In this document: piece after piece, positions 52,583 to 61,418 of the stretch
Position numbering within the stretch: position 1 is the first letter of the stretch
Layout of the letters: each line of letters starts with the position of its first letter
NCBI RefSeq assembly: GCF_024223415.1
Contig: NZ_CP100500.1
DNA: 64,000 nucleotides
Source of the DNA: Escherichia coli
Lineage (GTDB): Bacteria > Pseudomonadota > Gammaproteobacteria > Enterobacterales > Enterobacteriaceae
Strand: one strand, 5' to 3'
Made by a program: the position numbers and the translations under genes
The notes under the pieces: generated by a model
Told to the model about the DNA's origin: nothing
Seen by the model: only the letters and a program-made list of their open reading frames with translations
Database searches by the model: none

Positions 52583-52774
52583 ATCCTCCCCCTTGACTAA
52601 TTCATTAACACATAAACTGTGTAGTGCACGGAATAAATTGCCTTTCTGGCGTCATCACTGACAATTTTTCTGTTATGGACTATTCCTAATATAGTATGAA
52701 AGTTCTTTAAGTGATCGGTCGTAATCATCTATCTTTCATACTTACTCTCAACTATCAAAAGTACAGGATTTATT

Positions 52775-53299
52775 ATGAAGTTATGGCCTGTGTTGACTGG
52801 CATTGCACTCTCTTTCACTCTTATAGCATGTAAGGCCCCGACACCACCTAAAGGTGTGCAGCCGATTACAAATTTTGACGCCAACCGCTACCTCGGAAAA
52901 TGGTATGAAATAGCTCGCCTCGAGAACCGGTTCGAACGTGGTCTGGAACAGGTCAGCGCTACTTATGGAAAACGGAACGACGGAGGGATTCGTGTACTTA
53001 ACCGTGGATACGATCCAACGAAAAATAAATGGAGCGAGAGCGAAGGTAAAGCATACTTTACTGGAGATACTAAAACTGCAGCGTTGAAGGTTTCGTTTTT
53101 TGGCCCCTTCTATGGTGGCTATAATGTAATCAAACTGGATGATGAGTATAAGTATGCTCTTGTCAGTGGTCCGAACAGAGAATACCTATGGATTCTGGCA
53201 AGGACCCCAACTATTCCAGATAAAGTAAAAGCAGACTATGTGCGAACCGCTCAAAAGTTGGGATTCAATGTCAATGAATTATTATGGGTTAAACAATAA
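52775..53299 (+). CDS. bacterial lipocalin (Blc-like outer membrane lipoprotein)
   Basis: 174 aa; lipobox LIAC; strong resemblance to E. coli Blc (NFDANRYLGKWYEIARLENRFERGLE, GKAYFTG, KVSFFGPFYGGYNVI, YLWILARTP); opposite strand to late genes. Confidence 0.85.
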   Translation: MKLWPVLTGIALSFTLIACKAPTPPKGVQPITNFDANRYLGKWYEIARLENRFERGLEQVSATYGKRNDGGIRVLNRGYDPTKNKWSESEGKAYFTGDTKTAALKVSFFGPFYGGYNVIKLDDEYKYALVSGPNREYLWILARTPTIPDKVKADYVRTAQKLGFNVNELLWVKQ

Positions 53300-53327
53300 A
53301 ATCCCTACCCGAAATGATACTTATTAG

Positions 53328-53354
53328 AAAAAAACCAGCCTTTGGGGAGGCTGG
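53328..53354 (-). terminator. putative intrinsic terminator downstream of Q (tR'-like candidate)
   Basis: 6-bp GC stem (ccagcc/ggctgg) with 8-nt loop, followed on the minus strand by a 7-nt U run. Confidence 0.4.
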
Positions 53355-53454
53355 CTAAATCAGAAAACAAGCTGTTATATGATAATAACTACGTTGCGAT
53401 TCCAACATTTAAAATGTTAGACTAATGACAATCAGACAGCAACTTTTCCTTTAA

Positions 53455-53847
53455 TTATTTCGGACAATCAGCATCCATCTCCAATCGGAGATCCAACACC
53501 ATCAGCATGCCCTCCACTACGCCCTCAGCTTTCTGGAGCATCCTGCCAACCCAACAATCAGATCGCCCATGCTTACGTGCAAGCGCCATAAAAGTCATGC
53601 CGCCGACATAATAGTCCACCAATAAATCATGCAAATCGCTGTTGTTTTTTTTCAGGCGAGCCATACATCCACAAATGATCATCGCGTCATCGTCACAACA
53701 TTGCGGGCGAGATTTTACTTTTGAAGGAATTAATCCCTTAAAACCGGCGGCAATGGACGACCAGGTCACATCTTCATGATTATTAGCCGCCCACGCTCCC
53801 CAACGCTCAAGAACCATCTGAATATCACGCATCAACTTTCTCCACAA
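53455..53847 (-). CDS. late-gene antiterminator Q
   Basis: 130 aa; Cys-rich zinc-binding region; position upstream of lysis genes. Confidence 0.75.
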   Translation of the reverse strand: MWRKLMRDIQMVLERWGAWAANNHEDVTWSSIAAGFKGLIPSKVKSRPQCCDDDAMIICGCMARLKKNNSDLHDLLVDYYVGGMTFMALARKHGRSDCWVGRMLQKAEGVVEGMLMVLDLRLEMDADCPK

Positions 53848-53849
53848 AA

Positions 53850-54845
53850 TCAGGCCAGCACACCAATCGCCAGCGCACGATCGATAAAACGAAATATCAG
53901 CTCCAGCTGGGAGCCATACTTCTCTTCGAATGCCACATTATCCGCATGCAGCTCGTCGTGATGCTTTCTGCACAAAGGCAACACAAAGAGGTCATGCGCT
54001 TTTGTCCCCATTCCACCCTGACCGTGGCCTATCAGGTGGTGGGGATCATCAGCAGGTTTTCCACAACATGCGCACGGCTGCGTCTTAACCCATCGCGTGT
54101 ACTTTTCATTAACCCAGCGGCGACGTTTTGGGCGTAACATAAAAGAGTCCGGCGACTCCGGATCCACTTTCAGCGCCAACACCTTTTTCGCTTTATCCTG
54201 GATGATGCTGGTGGCAGGAACCGAAGGCACCAGGTCACTTTCCCGGGTGACAGACGGCACAACAGGCTTCGGTAATCTCAGTGCCTTACGGGCTGCACTT
54301 TCCGGTAAGGCATCCGCCAGATCATTACGAATCAGCCACCAGCACAGTTCCGGCATTGTCACAACGTGACTGTCATCAAAACCGAGATCCCGACGCACAA
54401 CAGACAACACCCAGCGGGCACAGTTATCCGTTGCCATTGATTCCAGCCGTTCCGTGAACTGATCGCGCAGTTGGTTATCGCAGTGCCAGCACAGACGGAT
54501 TGCGCCCGGCGCGTGTCGCATTGTGGTCATGTTCTCGCTGTGCCAGTCGGAATGAGGCCACTGGCAGCCTTTTTCACGAAGTAACCAGCTTTCAAGACAT
54601 TCCACGCCACCAGCACGACGGATCACTGCCTCATTGCGGAACACGGCCCGAACGGCAGGATCATCCGCCAGCGGTTGTGATGCAGCCGGAACGGCACCAC
54701 TGGCAAAAGATGAATAACGTTCCGGCTCAGGCTCCAGCAGGACACGCCCCTGCATAAACAGGGGCATCAGCTCTGAACCTGGCCTGAACAATACGATCCC
54801 CATACGCGGGGCAATTTCAGGGGTCAGTAGTGCTCTCACGGTCAC
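53850..54845 (-). CDS. DUF968-like nin-region protein with C-terminal zinc/HNH-like motifs
   Basis: 331 aa; C-terminal [14 protein letters not shown]...CRKHHDELH. Confidence 0.6.
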   Translation of the reverse strand: MTVRALLTPEIAPRMGIVLFRPGSELMPLFMQGRVLLEPEPERYSSFASGAVPAASQPLADDPAVRAVFRNEAVIRRAGGVECLESWLLREKGCQWPHSDWHSENMTTMRHAPGAIRLCWHCDNQLRDQFTERLESMATDNCARWVLSVVRRDLGFDDSHVVTMPELCWWLIRNDLADALPESAARKALRLPKPVVPSVTRESDLVPSVPATSIIQDKAKKVLALKVDPESPDSFMLRPKRRRWVNEKYTRWVKTQPCACCGKPADDPHHLIGHGQGGMGTKAHDLFVLPLCRKHHDELHADNVAFEEKYGSQLELIFRFIDRALAIGVLA

Positions 54846-54846
54846 C

Positions 54847-55656
54847 TCAATGAACGGTATCGAGCAGCTTTAACAGCTCAGGGAATCGGGATTCGAAGAA
54901 ATGCGGCTGCGTCTCGCGCGGATTTGCGGGACTGGTGATGTTCTTGCCGAACATGCAGCCTTTCGCTGTCAGCGACCAGAATTTTTTGATGTTGTTAATC
55001 GCGGTACGGCTGTATCGTTCGCGTTGTTCAACGATCCCCAGCTTCGCCATCTGGTGATATGCCTGATTAGCCGTCAGGCGGATACCATACTGCTTCAGCA
55101 GTGCACTCAGCGACAGCGTCGGGCGGCTTGAGCCATCAGGCGCGTCAGCAGGTGCATCAATGGCATAGCGCGGTGCCAGATTCGGTAAGCCAACAGCCTC
55201 CTGGAGTTTCTGACAGGCCCCAAGCACAGATGAGTTAGACAGATTTAACTCCCGGCGCATAAAGTCCAGCAGAATCACGCCAGCCTGCATCTTGTCAGCA
55301 GCCTGTCCGGATAACTTTTCCGGCGCGCTGGTTACCATATCGAAAGTACGGATCACCTTCAGATGGAATGACGGGCTGATCCACATTGCATAGGCATACA
55401 CCAGTTCCTTACAGACATACGTTCCCCGTTCATTTCCCCCATGAATCACGCTCACCGGGTCAACACCCAAATTCTGGGTGTTGGTTAATTCATGAACAAG
55501 CTCAACAGTTTGTTGGCTGGAAAGAAACTTTCCTGGCTCCTTGGTTCTGGCATTTGCACCAGATGCTACTGCTGCGCGATGCAGATCGTTCAGGCTGTAA
55601 CGCCCATAAGCATCACGACGAACTTCAATACCATCAATGACCATCAGATTATTCAT
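54847..55656 (-). CDS. KilA-N domain protein
   Basis: 269 aa; N-terminal KilA-N-like region (IDGIEVRRDAYGRYSLNDLHRA). Confidence 0.6.
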   Translation of the reverse strand: MNNLMVIDGIEVRRDAYGRYSLNDLHRAAVASGANARTKEPGKFLSSQQTVELVHELTNTQNLGVDPVSVIHGGNERGTYVCKELVYAYAMWISPSFHLKVIRTFDMVTSAPEKLSGQAADKMQAGVILLDFMRRELNLSNSSVLGACQKLQEAVGLPNLAPRYAIDAPADAPDGSSRPTLSLSALLKQYGIRLTANQAYHQMAKLGIVEQRERYSRTAINNIKKFWSLTAKGCMFGKNITSPANPRETQPHFFESRFPELLKLLDTVH

Positions 55657-55675
55657 ACTTCGTTTCTCCTCTTAA

Positions 55676-56065
55676 TCAGGCAGCTGCACCCGCCGTTTTC
55701 TCGTACTTACTGATAGTGATCTCGACCTTCCCTTCCGGGATAACCGGTCCCCACTCCACCAGCATTCTTTTCACCTGACTGTCGTCTTCCCACACCCCCG
55801 CGTGGGTCAGGGCGTCAAACAGCGCCTTGTTATAGTTGTCCAGATCGCGGATCCTGTTATCCGGAGGAAACAACACGATCTCCACTGAAGCAGGTGCCGA
55901 CGTTGGTTTCGGCAGACGACGTAACTGCTCAACTATTGCTGCGCACGCCGCGCTCTGGAATTTTCGCCCCGCCGCGCTTATCAGGCTCTTACCTGCAAAC
56001 GCCCCTTTGTTAGGGTGTCGCCAGTAAGTGTTCACGCTGGGCGGGAAAGGCAGGATAAGCTTCAT
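55676..56065 (-). CDS. rusA: Holliday junction resolvase RusA
   Basis: 129 aa; RusA signature (PPSVNTYWRH...RDLDNYNKALFDALTHAGVWEDDSQV). Confidence 0.9.
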   Translation of the reverse strand: MKLILPFPPSVNTYWRHPNKGAFAGKSLISAAGRKFQSAACAAIVEQLRRLPKPTSAPASVEIVLFPPDNRIRDLDNYNKALFDALTHAGVWEDDSQVKRMLVEWGPVIPEGKVEITISKYEKTAGAAA

Positions 56066-56388
56066 ACTTTCAGGCCCCTCTCATGTAACCAGTGAGTTGC
56101 ACGCAGCCTGGCGTTTTCCTCACCGGCAAGCAGTGCGCGGATAATCCCGGCTGCCTCGCTGTCGTCGTCCTTCACTGTGGTATGAAGCGTGATACCCCGG
56201 GCCACGCCACGCTTTATCGTGATGACGCCTTTTTTCTCCAGTGCGCGAAGATGCTCCACCGCTGCATTCACCGAACGGTATCCCAGCATGGCTGCCACCT
56301 CCTGATTGGTTGGCGGGAAACCACGTTCTTTCTGATAAGAAATCAGCATATCCAGCACCTGCTGCTGGCATTGAGTTAACGTCGTCAT
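56062..56388 (-). CDS. LexA-type winged-helix DNA-binding protein
   Basis: 108 aa; LexA N-terminal-like HTH (LTQCQQQVLDMLISYQKERGFPPTNQEVAAMLGYRSVNAA); ATGA overlaps with neighbours. Confidence 0.6.
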   Translation of the reverse strand: MTTLTQCQQQVLDMLISYQKERGFPPTNQEVAAMLGYRSVNAAVEHLRALEKKGVITIKRGVARGITLHTTVKDDDSEAAGIIRALLAGEENARLRATHWLHERGLKV

Positions 56389-57038
56389 GCCGCCATCTCC
56401 CTGACCAGTTTTTCTGCCTGCTGGCGAACCTGCGCCAGAAAGGCCTCACCACATGCCTCAAGTTCATCGCGCCCGATGTAGCTGATTGCCGGTCCCTTCC
56501 AGGTCTTGTCGAAAACAGCAATAGCACCAGCGAAGAAAGCGCCTGTCGGCACCTGCTTCTCATCCTTCGGGATAAACCAGGCAGGCAGTTCAAAACCAAT
56601 ACGCCCGCGAATAAAAGCAATATGATCTACATCTTCCGGCCACCACACTTCGCTGGTGGCAGCTTTGATCAGGAAAACATAGCGCCCGCCTTTATCACGC
56701 ATGGCACTGGCATGCTTCATGATGTAACGCATGCCGGTGATGTATTGCCCCTCATGCTGACTGGCGCGGCTGTATGGGGGATTACCAAAGGCAGCACCTT
56801 TAAGCTCCGCAAGGCGTTCTGACCAGTCATGCGCCAGCGCGTTGTCTTCCGCCGTGTAATACGCAGCACATTTGGCGTTATCACCGTCAGTGAACAGATC
56901 CAGAACAAACGGGCCAAACAGGGTGTTAATTCCCCAGAAAATGTTGTCCGGCGTGCGCCACTGATCGCCCACTTCCTTCAGTTCATGGGCTGGTTTGTTC
57001 CGCAGTTCCACCAGCGCCTGGCAATATTTATTACTCAT
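56385..57038 (-). CDS. phage DNA N6-adenine methyltransferase (Dam-like, orphan)
   Basis: Start at internal ATG overlapping upstream stop; NPPY catalytic motif (AAFGNPPYS); no adjacent endonuclease. Confidence 0.75.
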   Translation of the reverse strand: MSNKYCQALVELRNKPAHELKEVGDQWRTPDNIFWGINTLFGPFVLDLFTDGDNAKCAAYYTAEDNALAHDWSERLAELKGAAFGNPPYSRASQHEGQYITGMRYIMKHASAMRDKGGRYVFLIKAATSEVWWPEDVDHIAFIRGRIGFELPAWFIPKDEKQVPTGAFFAGAIAVFDKTWKGPAISYIGRDELEACGEAFLAQVRQQAEKLVREMAA

Positions 57039-57532
57039 TAAGCCCCCACGTAATTCCCTGAGAGATACCACTCTTCACCTGATGCAGCCCGCTTACTGCT
57101 TTTCCGTAAACACCGTTCACGACGCGCCAGAAAATTGTTTCGTTCTGGCAGGGAGTGGCTTTCACGGAATGCCGCCATCCACACCGTTGCAGCACGACGG
57201 TATAAGCCCCTGGACTCCAGTTCTTCCGCCTGGCGGGTCAGGCACAAAATCACCCGCGGGTCGTTAGTGCCGACATAGAAATTGCGCACAGGTCTGGTTT
57301 CACGAACTGGTTGTGGTTCCGGATCCTGCGCTCTCTCAGTCAGGCGCGGGAAATGTCTGTGTGTATCTCCTTCACAACGGTGAGCCACACGCCCACTCTG
57401 ACGTAACTTGCTTGCTGACTGCAGAACGCGCTGCCGTGAGTAACCTGCAAAAGCATCCGCAATGTCTCCGGAAGTACAGCCCGGATGGGCTTCAATGAAT
57501 TTCTGAACGTCATTCAAAAGACTCATGCTCAC
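57038..57532 (-). CDS. hypothetical protein
   Basis: 164 aa; translationally coupled between replication gene and methyltransferase. Confidence 0.5.
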   Translation of the reverse strand: MSMSLLNDVQKFIEAHPGCTSGDIADAFAGYSRQRVLQSASKLRQSGRVAHRCEGDTHRHFPRLTERAQDPEPQPVRETRPVRNFYVGTNDPRVILCLTRQAEELESRGLYRRAATVWMAAFRESHSLPERNNFLARRERCLRKSSKRAASGEEWYLSGNYVGA

Positions 57533-58470
57533 CCCCTGAATCCTGCCGGGATCTGGCTGTAGTCCACATTGTCGTAACTGGCTTTGAAGTACGGGTCTTC
57601 GCGTTTTTCTGTGTACGTGCTGACGGACGGCGATAAGCGCAGGGAAAGCTCATCCCATTTTTCCCGCAGCTTCGACGGGCTGAGCACGTTACGGCACCAG
57701 AACGGATCGCGGCTGACGCGGCTGTAAATCTCGCAGATTTGTTTGTGAGTACGACCATCCTGCACACACATCAGGCGAATTTCGTTTGCCCAGGCTGTCC
57801 AGTTCGGTTCTTTGGGACGAACCACCTCGCCGTCACATTCGGCAGCCTGCTCGTACAGGGCGATGATTTTTTTCCAGAGCCACTGTGCGCAGGTCAAATC
57901 ATCCTGCGTCCCCCACTGGCGTTTTTTAGGGCTGAATACAACCGCATCAGGATGGCGAGTTAAAAAATCCTGTTCAGCCGTCTGCGTGTCCGGTTGCGAA
58001 GAGTCCGGACGAGAAGGTTTTTTATCTGACGGATCATGTTTTGATTTTACTGACGGATCCCCGCCAGATTCTGACGGGTGAAAACCCGCTTTTTTGCCAG
58101 ATTTCGACGCATCAAATTTTGACGGGTCAGATTTTGATGCGTCAGATTTTGACGGGTCAGAATCTGACAGTTGAGAAAATGCCGCTGCCTGAAGCTTCGC
58201 AACGTTAAGCTGATAAACATTCGACGCATTGCGGTTACCCTGGCGACGCGCCTTACGCGTTAACCAGCCTTCTGCTTCCAGCCGTGCGATAGCCGTTCTG
58301 ACGGTACTCATCCCCGCGCCAATCTGGCGGGCAATGGTTTCAATCGATGGCCAGCACACACCTTCGTCATTACTGAAATCAGCCAGGCGGGCCATAATTG
58401 CCACGCTGGATAATTTCATGCCTGACGCTGCGCAACCATCCCATACATAGCCGGTTAATTTAGTGCTCAT
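57529..58470 (-). CDS. phage replication initiator (HTH N-terminal domain, O-like)
   Basis: 313 aa; N-terminal replication-protein HTH; central low-complexity SKSD repeat coinciding with DNA iterons. Confidence 0.75.
   Translation of the reverse strand: MSTKLTGYVWDGCAASGMKLSSVAIMARLADFSNDEGVCWPSIETIARQIGAGMSTVRTAIARLEAEGWLTRKARRQGNRNASNVYQLNVAKLQAAAFSQLSDSDPSKSDASKSDPSKFDASKSGKKAGFHPSESGGDPSVKSKHDPSDKKPSRPDSSQPDTQTAEQDFLTRHPDAVVFSPKKRQWGTQDDLTCAQWLWKKIIALYEQAAECDGEVVRPKEPNWTAWANEIRLMCVQDGRTHKQICEIYSRVSRDPFWCRNVLSPSKLREKWDELSLRLSPSVSTYTEKREDPYFKASYDNVDYSQIPAGFRG
58020..58170 (-). repeat. iteron-like direct repeats (candidate replication origin) inside the replication gene
   Basis: Recurring (C/T)TGACGG(A/G)TC with ~15-bp period, e.g. 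tcagattttgacgggtcagattttgatgcgtcagattttgacgggtcag. Confidence 0.5.
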
Positions 58471-58479
58471 GACCGACCT

Positions 58480-58818
58480 CTATTTCCCTGAATTTACGAC
58501 GAAACTGTTCGAGCGGACTGAAGCACTCATGCTCATAGCCTTCGCGGAGGTAGATAACCCGTTGTGTTTCCGGTTCCCAACGAATGACTCTGACGGGCAC
58601 TCCGTAGTGATCTTTGAACCAGCGGTTAACTTGTCGCAAAGGACTGTCTCCTTCTGCCGGTTGAAATCCCCCACAGCCCACTCTGCAAAGCTGTGGGTTA
58701 CAATTTCCCTGTCACCTGGTACATTCACTGCATAGCAATATTCCACCTTCGCTTTTCCACCCGGTACAGGAAGCGCAATCAGTTGCGAGCGACGGTAGTG
58801 TGTTGTTAAACTGTTCAT
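58480..58818 (-). CDS. hypothetical protein (frame uncertain)
   Basis: 112-aa ORF with ATGA start/stop overlap to upstream gene, ending 10 nt before replication gene start; an alternative 73-aa ORF (58460..58681) overlaps in another frame. Confidence 0.35.
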   Translation of the reverse strand: MNSLTTHYRRSQLIALPVPGGKAKVEYCYAVNVPGDREIVTHSFAEWAVGDFNRQKETVLCDKLTAGSKITTECPSESFVGNRKHNGLSTSAKAMSMSASVRSNSFVVNSGK

Positions 58819-59486
58819 GCGTTAGTTTCTCCACAACCAGAAGCAATCGACGCCACGACGCCCGGAGCTGCACACTCGCGGGCGTCATTACTTTCTGAAA
58901 TGCAAAAGATTTTGTAGACCAGTGCTGCATGCTCCTGCAGCTTCGAAATTGAGAGATACAGCTCGTCGTTAATTGCTGTCTTCTCATGCGGTTCCACTAC
59001 ACCGTCTTCGATTGCTGAACGAATCTGTTTTGAATAACTGCCGATCTGTTCAATGACTTCCAGCAGACGCTGGTTAATATCGGCGTTGTCCACATCCTCG
59101 ACGTCAGGAAGAGACACAAAGACGCCATTTGCAGACTGCGCCACAGCGTCAGCAATGAAGTGAGTTCCACCAGCACGTTGCAAAATCATTGCCCATCCCA
59201 GCGGGAAAATCTGATCGCCATCGGCACGAAGGCGGTTAAATAATGCGTTCTCTGTTACATCCAGCCAGTCAGCTGCTTCAGCGTAACCACCCGGCAACTT
59301 TGCGATAGTTTTTCTGACAGCTTTCACGTACCACTCAGGCTGTTTTTCTACTTTCCAGTGATGCTTACCCACGGTTAGCCTCATCGTTCTGTGGTTTCTG
59401 TTAATCGATTTATCCATTAGATTTTTCATAAAGCTCAGGTTTAAATGGCAACCGTCCGCAAGTTCTATATGCAGCTTCTGCTGCAC
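58815..59486 (-). CDS. putative CII-like early regulatory protein
   Basis: ORF directly downstream of cro-like gene; true start probably an internal Met at ~59384-59429 because the longest ORF overlaps cro. Confidence 0.45.
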   Translation of the reverse strand: MQQKLHIELADGCHLNLSFMKNLMDKSINRNHRTMRLTVGKHHWKVEKQPEWYVKAVRKTIAKLPGGYAEAADWLDVTENALFNRLRADGDQIFPLGWAMILQRAGGTHFIADAVAQSANGVFVSLPDVEDVDNADINQRLLEVIEQIGSYSKQIRSAIEDGVVEPHEKTAINDELYLSISKLQEHAALVYKIFCISESNDARECAAPGVVASIASGCGETNA

Positions 59487-59610
59487 GTCCTTTTGGAATT
59501 AACTGGCCCGGACGGTTTCGCCACTGATAAACGGCTTCAGTTGTTATGCCGAAAAAAGCAGCAACTTTCTCAATACTGCCGAAGTAGCTTTCGATATCGT
59601 CAGTTGTCAT
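59410..59610 (-). CDS. Cro-like HTH regulator
   Basis: 66 aa; divergent from repressor gene; HTH-like segment (VAAFFGITTEAVYQWRNR). Confidence 0.75.
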   Translation of the reverse strand: MTTDDIESYFGSIEKVAAFFGITTEAVYQWRNRPGQLIPKGRAAEAAYRTCGRLPFKPELYEKSNG

Positions 59611-59707
59611 ACGCCCTCCAAACTAAGTTTTGTTAGATGCTAATTACAAATCTATCTTTGGTCAATAAAAACTAAGATTACTTAGCAATTAAAGAAATGG
59701 TGCTCCT
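59611..59707. promoter_or_regulatory. divergent cro/cI control region with two operator-like 14-bp palindromes
   Basis: CTAAGttttGTTAG at 59623-59636 and perfect CTAAGattaCTTAG at 59672-59685 between divergent starts. Confidence 0.55.
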
Positions 59708-60334
59708 ATGGAAACGGTTGGTCAGCGTATAAAAGCTCTGAGAAGAGTTACCAGAACGTCCCAGAAAGAATTGGGTAAATTTTGTGGAGTAAGCGACGTT
59801 GCTGTGGGGTACTGGGAGAAAGACATCAATACCCCTGGTGGGGAGGCACTTTCGAAATTAGCGAAGTTCTTCAATACGTCAATAGATTACATTCTTTATG
59901 GTGCTGAGTTTGAAGGCAAACTCGTCACAAACATGCGCAGAGTTCCTGTAATATCGTGGGTTCAGGCTGGGCAGTTTACTGAGTGCAGGGCAGCAGAAGT
60001 GTTTAGTGAAGTGGACAAGTGGGTAGATACATCATTAAAGGTTGGTGATAACTCATTTGCATTAGAGGTTAAAGGTGACTCCATGACTAACCCTAATGGC
60101 CTCCCAACAATACCAGAAGGCGCAACAGTGATTGTAGATCCAGATGCAGAACCTCGTCATGGAAAAATAGTCATCGCTCGACTTGATGGAACAAACGAAG
60201 CTACAGTAAAAAAATTAGTCATCGATGGCCCTCAAAAGTTTTTAGTGCCATTAAATCCTCGGTATCCCAACATCCCTATCAATGGTAATTGCCTTATCAT
60301 TGGTGTAGTCAAAGGAGTTCAATACGAACTCTAA
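59708..60334 (+). CDS. CI-type repressor (HTH + S24 LexA-like peptidase domain)
   Basis: 208 aa; N-terminal HTH (SQKELGKFCGVSDVAVGYWE); C-terminal catalytic Ser/Lys context (VKGDSMTNP ... KKLV). Confidence 0.9.
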   Translation: METVGQRIKALRRVTRTSQKELGKFCGVSDVAVGYWEKDINTPGGEALSKLAKFFNTSIDYILYGAEFEGKLVTNMRRVPVISWVQAGQFTECRAAEVFSEVDKWVDTSLKVGDNSFALEVKGDSMTNPNGLPTIPEGATVIVDPDAEPRHGKIVIARLDGTNEATVKKLVIDGPQKFLVPLNPRYPNIPINGNCLIIGVVKGVQYEL

Positions 60335-60413
60335 GGCCTCTCTTCTCTAACTAAGGCACCGAACTAAGAAAAGTTTGGTGTTTTCTCTTGCCATAATAAC
60401 TAAGTTAAGTTAG
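60331..60413. promoter_or_regulatory. cluster of CTAAG operator-like motifs just downstream of cI
   Basis: CTAAG at 60331, 60351, 60364 and palindrome CTAAGttaaGTTAG at 60400-60413, same half-site as the cro/cI region. Confidence 0.4.
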
Positions 60414-60564
60414 ATTTTATATCAAAGATAACGAACAGGCAGGACGCCCACGAAGTAGCCGCCTGGGGCATATAAAGTCCAGGATGATTCGTTAGCAACA
60501 AAAAAGCGCCCTACAGGACGCTTAGCTCTTTAACAATCTGGGTATCATCCAACCAATGCAAGAT

Positions 60565-61086
60565 TTAAGGAATCCAAGGCGAATTCAGATCTCGCCCCAA
60601 CTCACGTAATGATCTTGGTCGTTCGTACATCGGATTTTTTTCCATAAGAAATTTATTTTCACAGTGAAGGCAACGGCTTGTAAGAAAATGAGAAGTTTTA
60701 CCTACTGGAAGCGGATGAAGTATCGATTTTATATTTTTGGAATAACAAAGTGGGCACAGATGCACAGTTATTTCTTTTCCACTCACAATTTCATTTTTAG
60801 AGTAAACAAAAGCACCAGAGTCAAGCTGATCAAGGACATATCCTTCTACCTTGGCACAAAAATCTTCAAACTCTGCAATTTTTGCTTTGAGATGCATCAC
60901 CTCTTCATCACGAAGGCGGATCGCATCGCCAAGAGAGAAGCATTCTGCCTGAAGCGTGATTAGTTTGTTCTGGAGTTCAATGGTTGCAGCTTTAACTTCT
61001 GCATCCGTTTTCGCGTCATTAATAACCTTAGCAAGACCGGCAGTCTCCTTTATAGCGGCCATAGCCGCAGACAGTTCAGCTATCAC
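60565..61086 (-). CDS. hypothetical coiled-coil / zinc-ribbon protein beside the immunity region
   Basis: 173 aa; N-terminal coiled-coil-like region; C-terminal CPLC-x24-CLHC; convergent with cI; antisense frame is low-complexity. Confidence 0.6.
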   Translation of the reverse strand: MIAELSAAMAAIKETAGLAKVINDAKTDAEVKAATIELQNKLITLQAECFSLGDAIRLRDEEVMHLKAKIAEFEDFCAKVEGYVLDQLDSGAFVYSKNEIVSGKEITVHLCPLCYSKNIKSILHPLPVGKTSHFLTSRCLHCENKFLMEKNPMYERPRSLRELGRDLNSPWIP

Positions 61087-61373
61087 GTTGAATACTCAGC
61101 TAGTTGTTGGGGATATCCAGATTAACCAAATCCTTGTTGTTGGGGAATAACTAGGTCCACCTCGCCTGATGTGGCTAAAAGCAGGCACATAACAGCTAAG
61201 TATTTTCAACCAGAGAGAATCCTTAGCGTTGTGGTGAATGCGGCTCAGCGCACGCGGGTTAAGGTTGAGGCTGACAGTCGACCTTCTGTGGATACCCACC
61301 CGCCTGGTGTGCAACCTTCGCCAGGCACCGGGAGGCACCCGGCACCACAACTTTATGCTGTGTGTAGTCCTGG

Positions 61374-61418
61374 CGGTACCAGCTTGTACCCTTGCTTCCG
61401 GCTGGTACCGTCCTTTTT
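61374..61418 (+). terminator. strong stem-loop plus U run in the leftward-operon leader
   Basis: Perfect 10-bp stem cggtaccagc / gctggtaccg with 17-nt loop, then tccTTTTT. Confidence 0.5.

Noticed and set aside
50540-53299. Shiga toxin or porin (nmpC) cargo at the Q-holin position
   Set aside because: None of the ORFs resembles StxA/StxB or a porin; the cargo is the AraC regulator, the DUF523/DUF1722 protein and the lipocalin.
58460-58681. 73-aa ORF as the gene between the CII-like and replication genes
   Set aside because: It overlaps the replication gene start, whereas the 112-aa ORF 58480..58818 fits the gap with ATGA coupling. The choice of frame remains uncertain, so only one is listed at low confidence.
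60664-60963. 99-aa plus-strand ORF antisense to the zinc-ribbon gene
   Set aside because: Its translation is Phe/Lys/Tyr/Cys-rich with no RBS; judged an antisense artefact of the AT-rich minus-strand gene.
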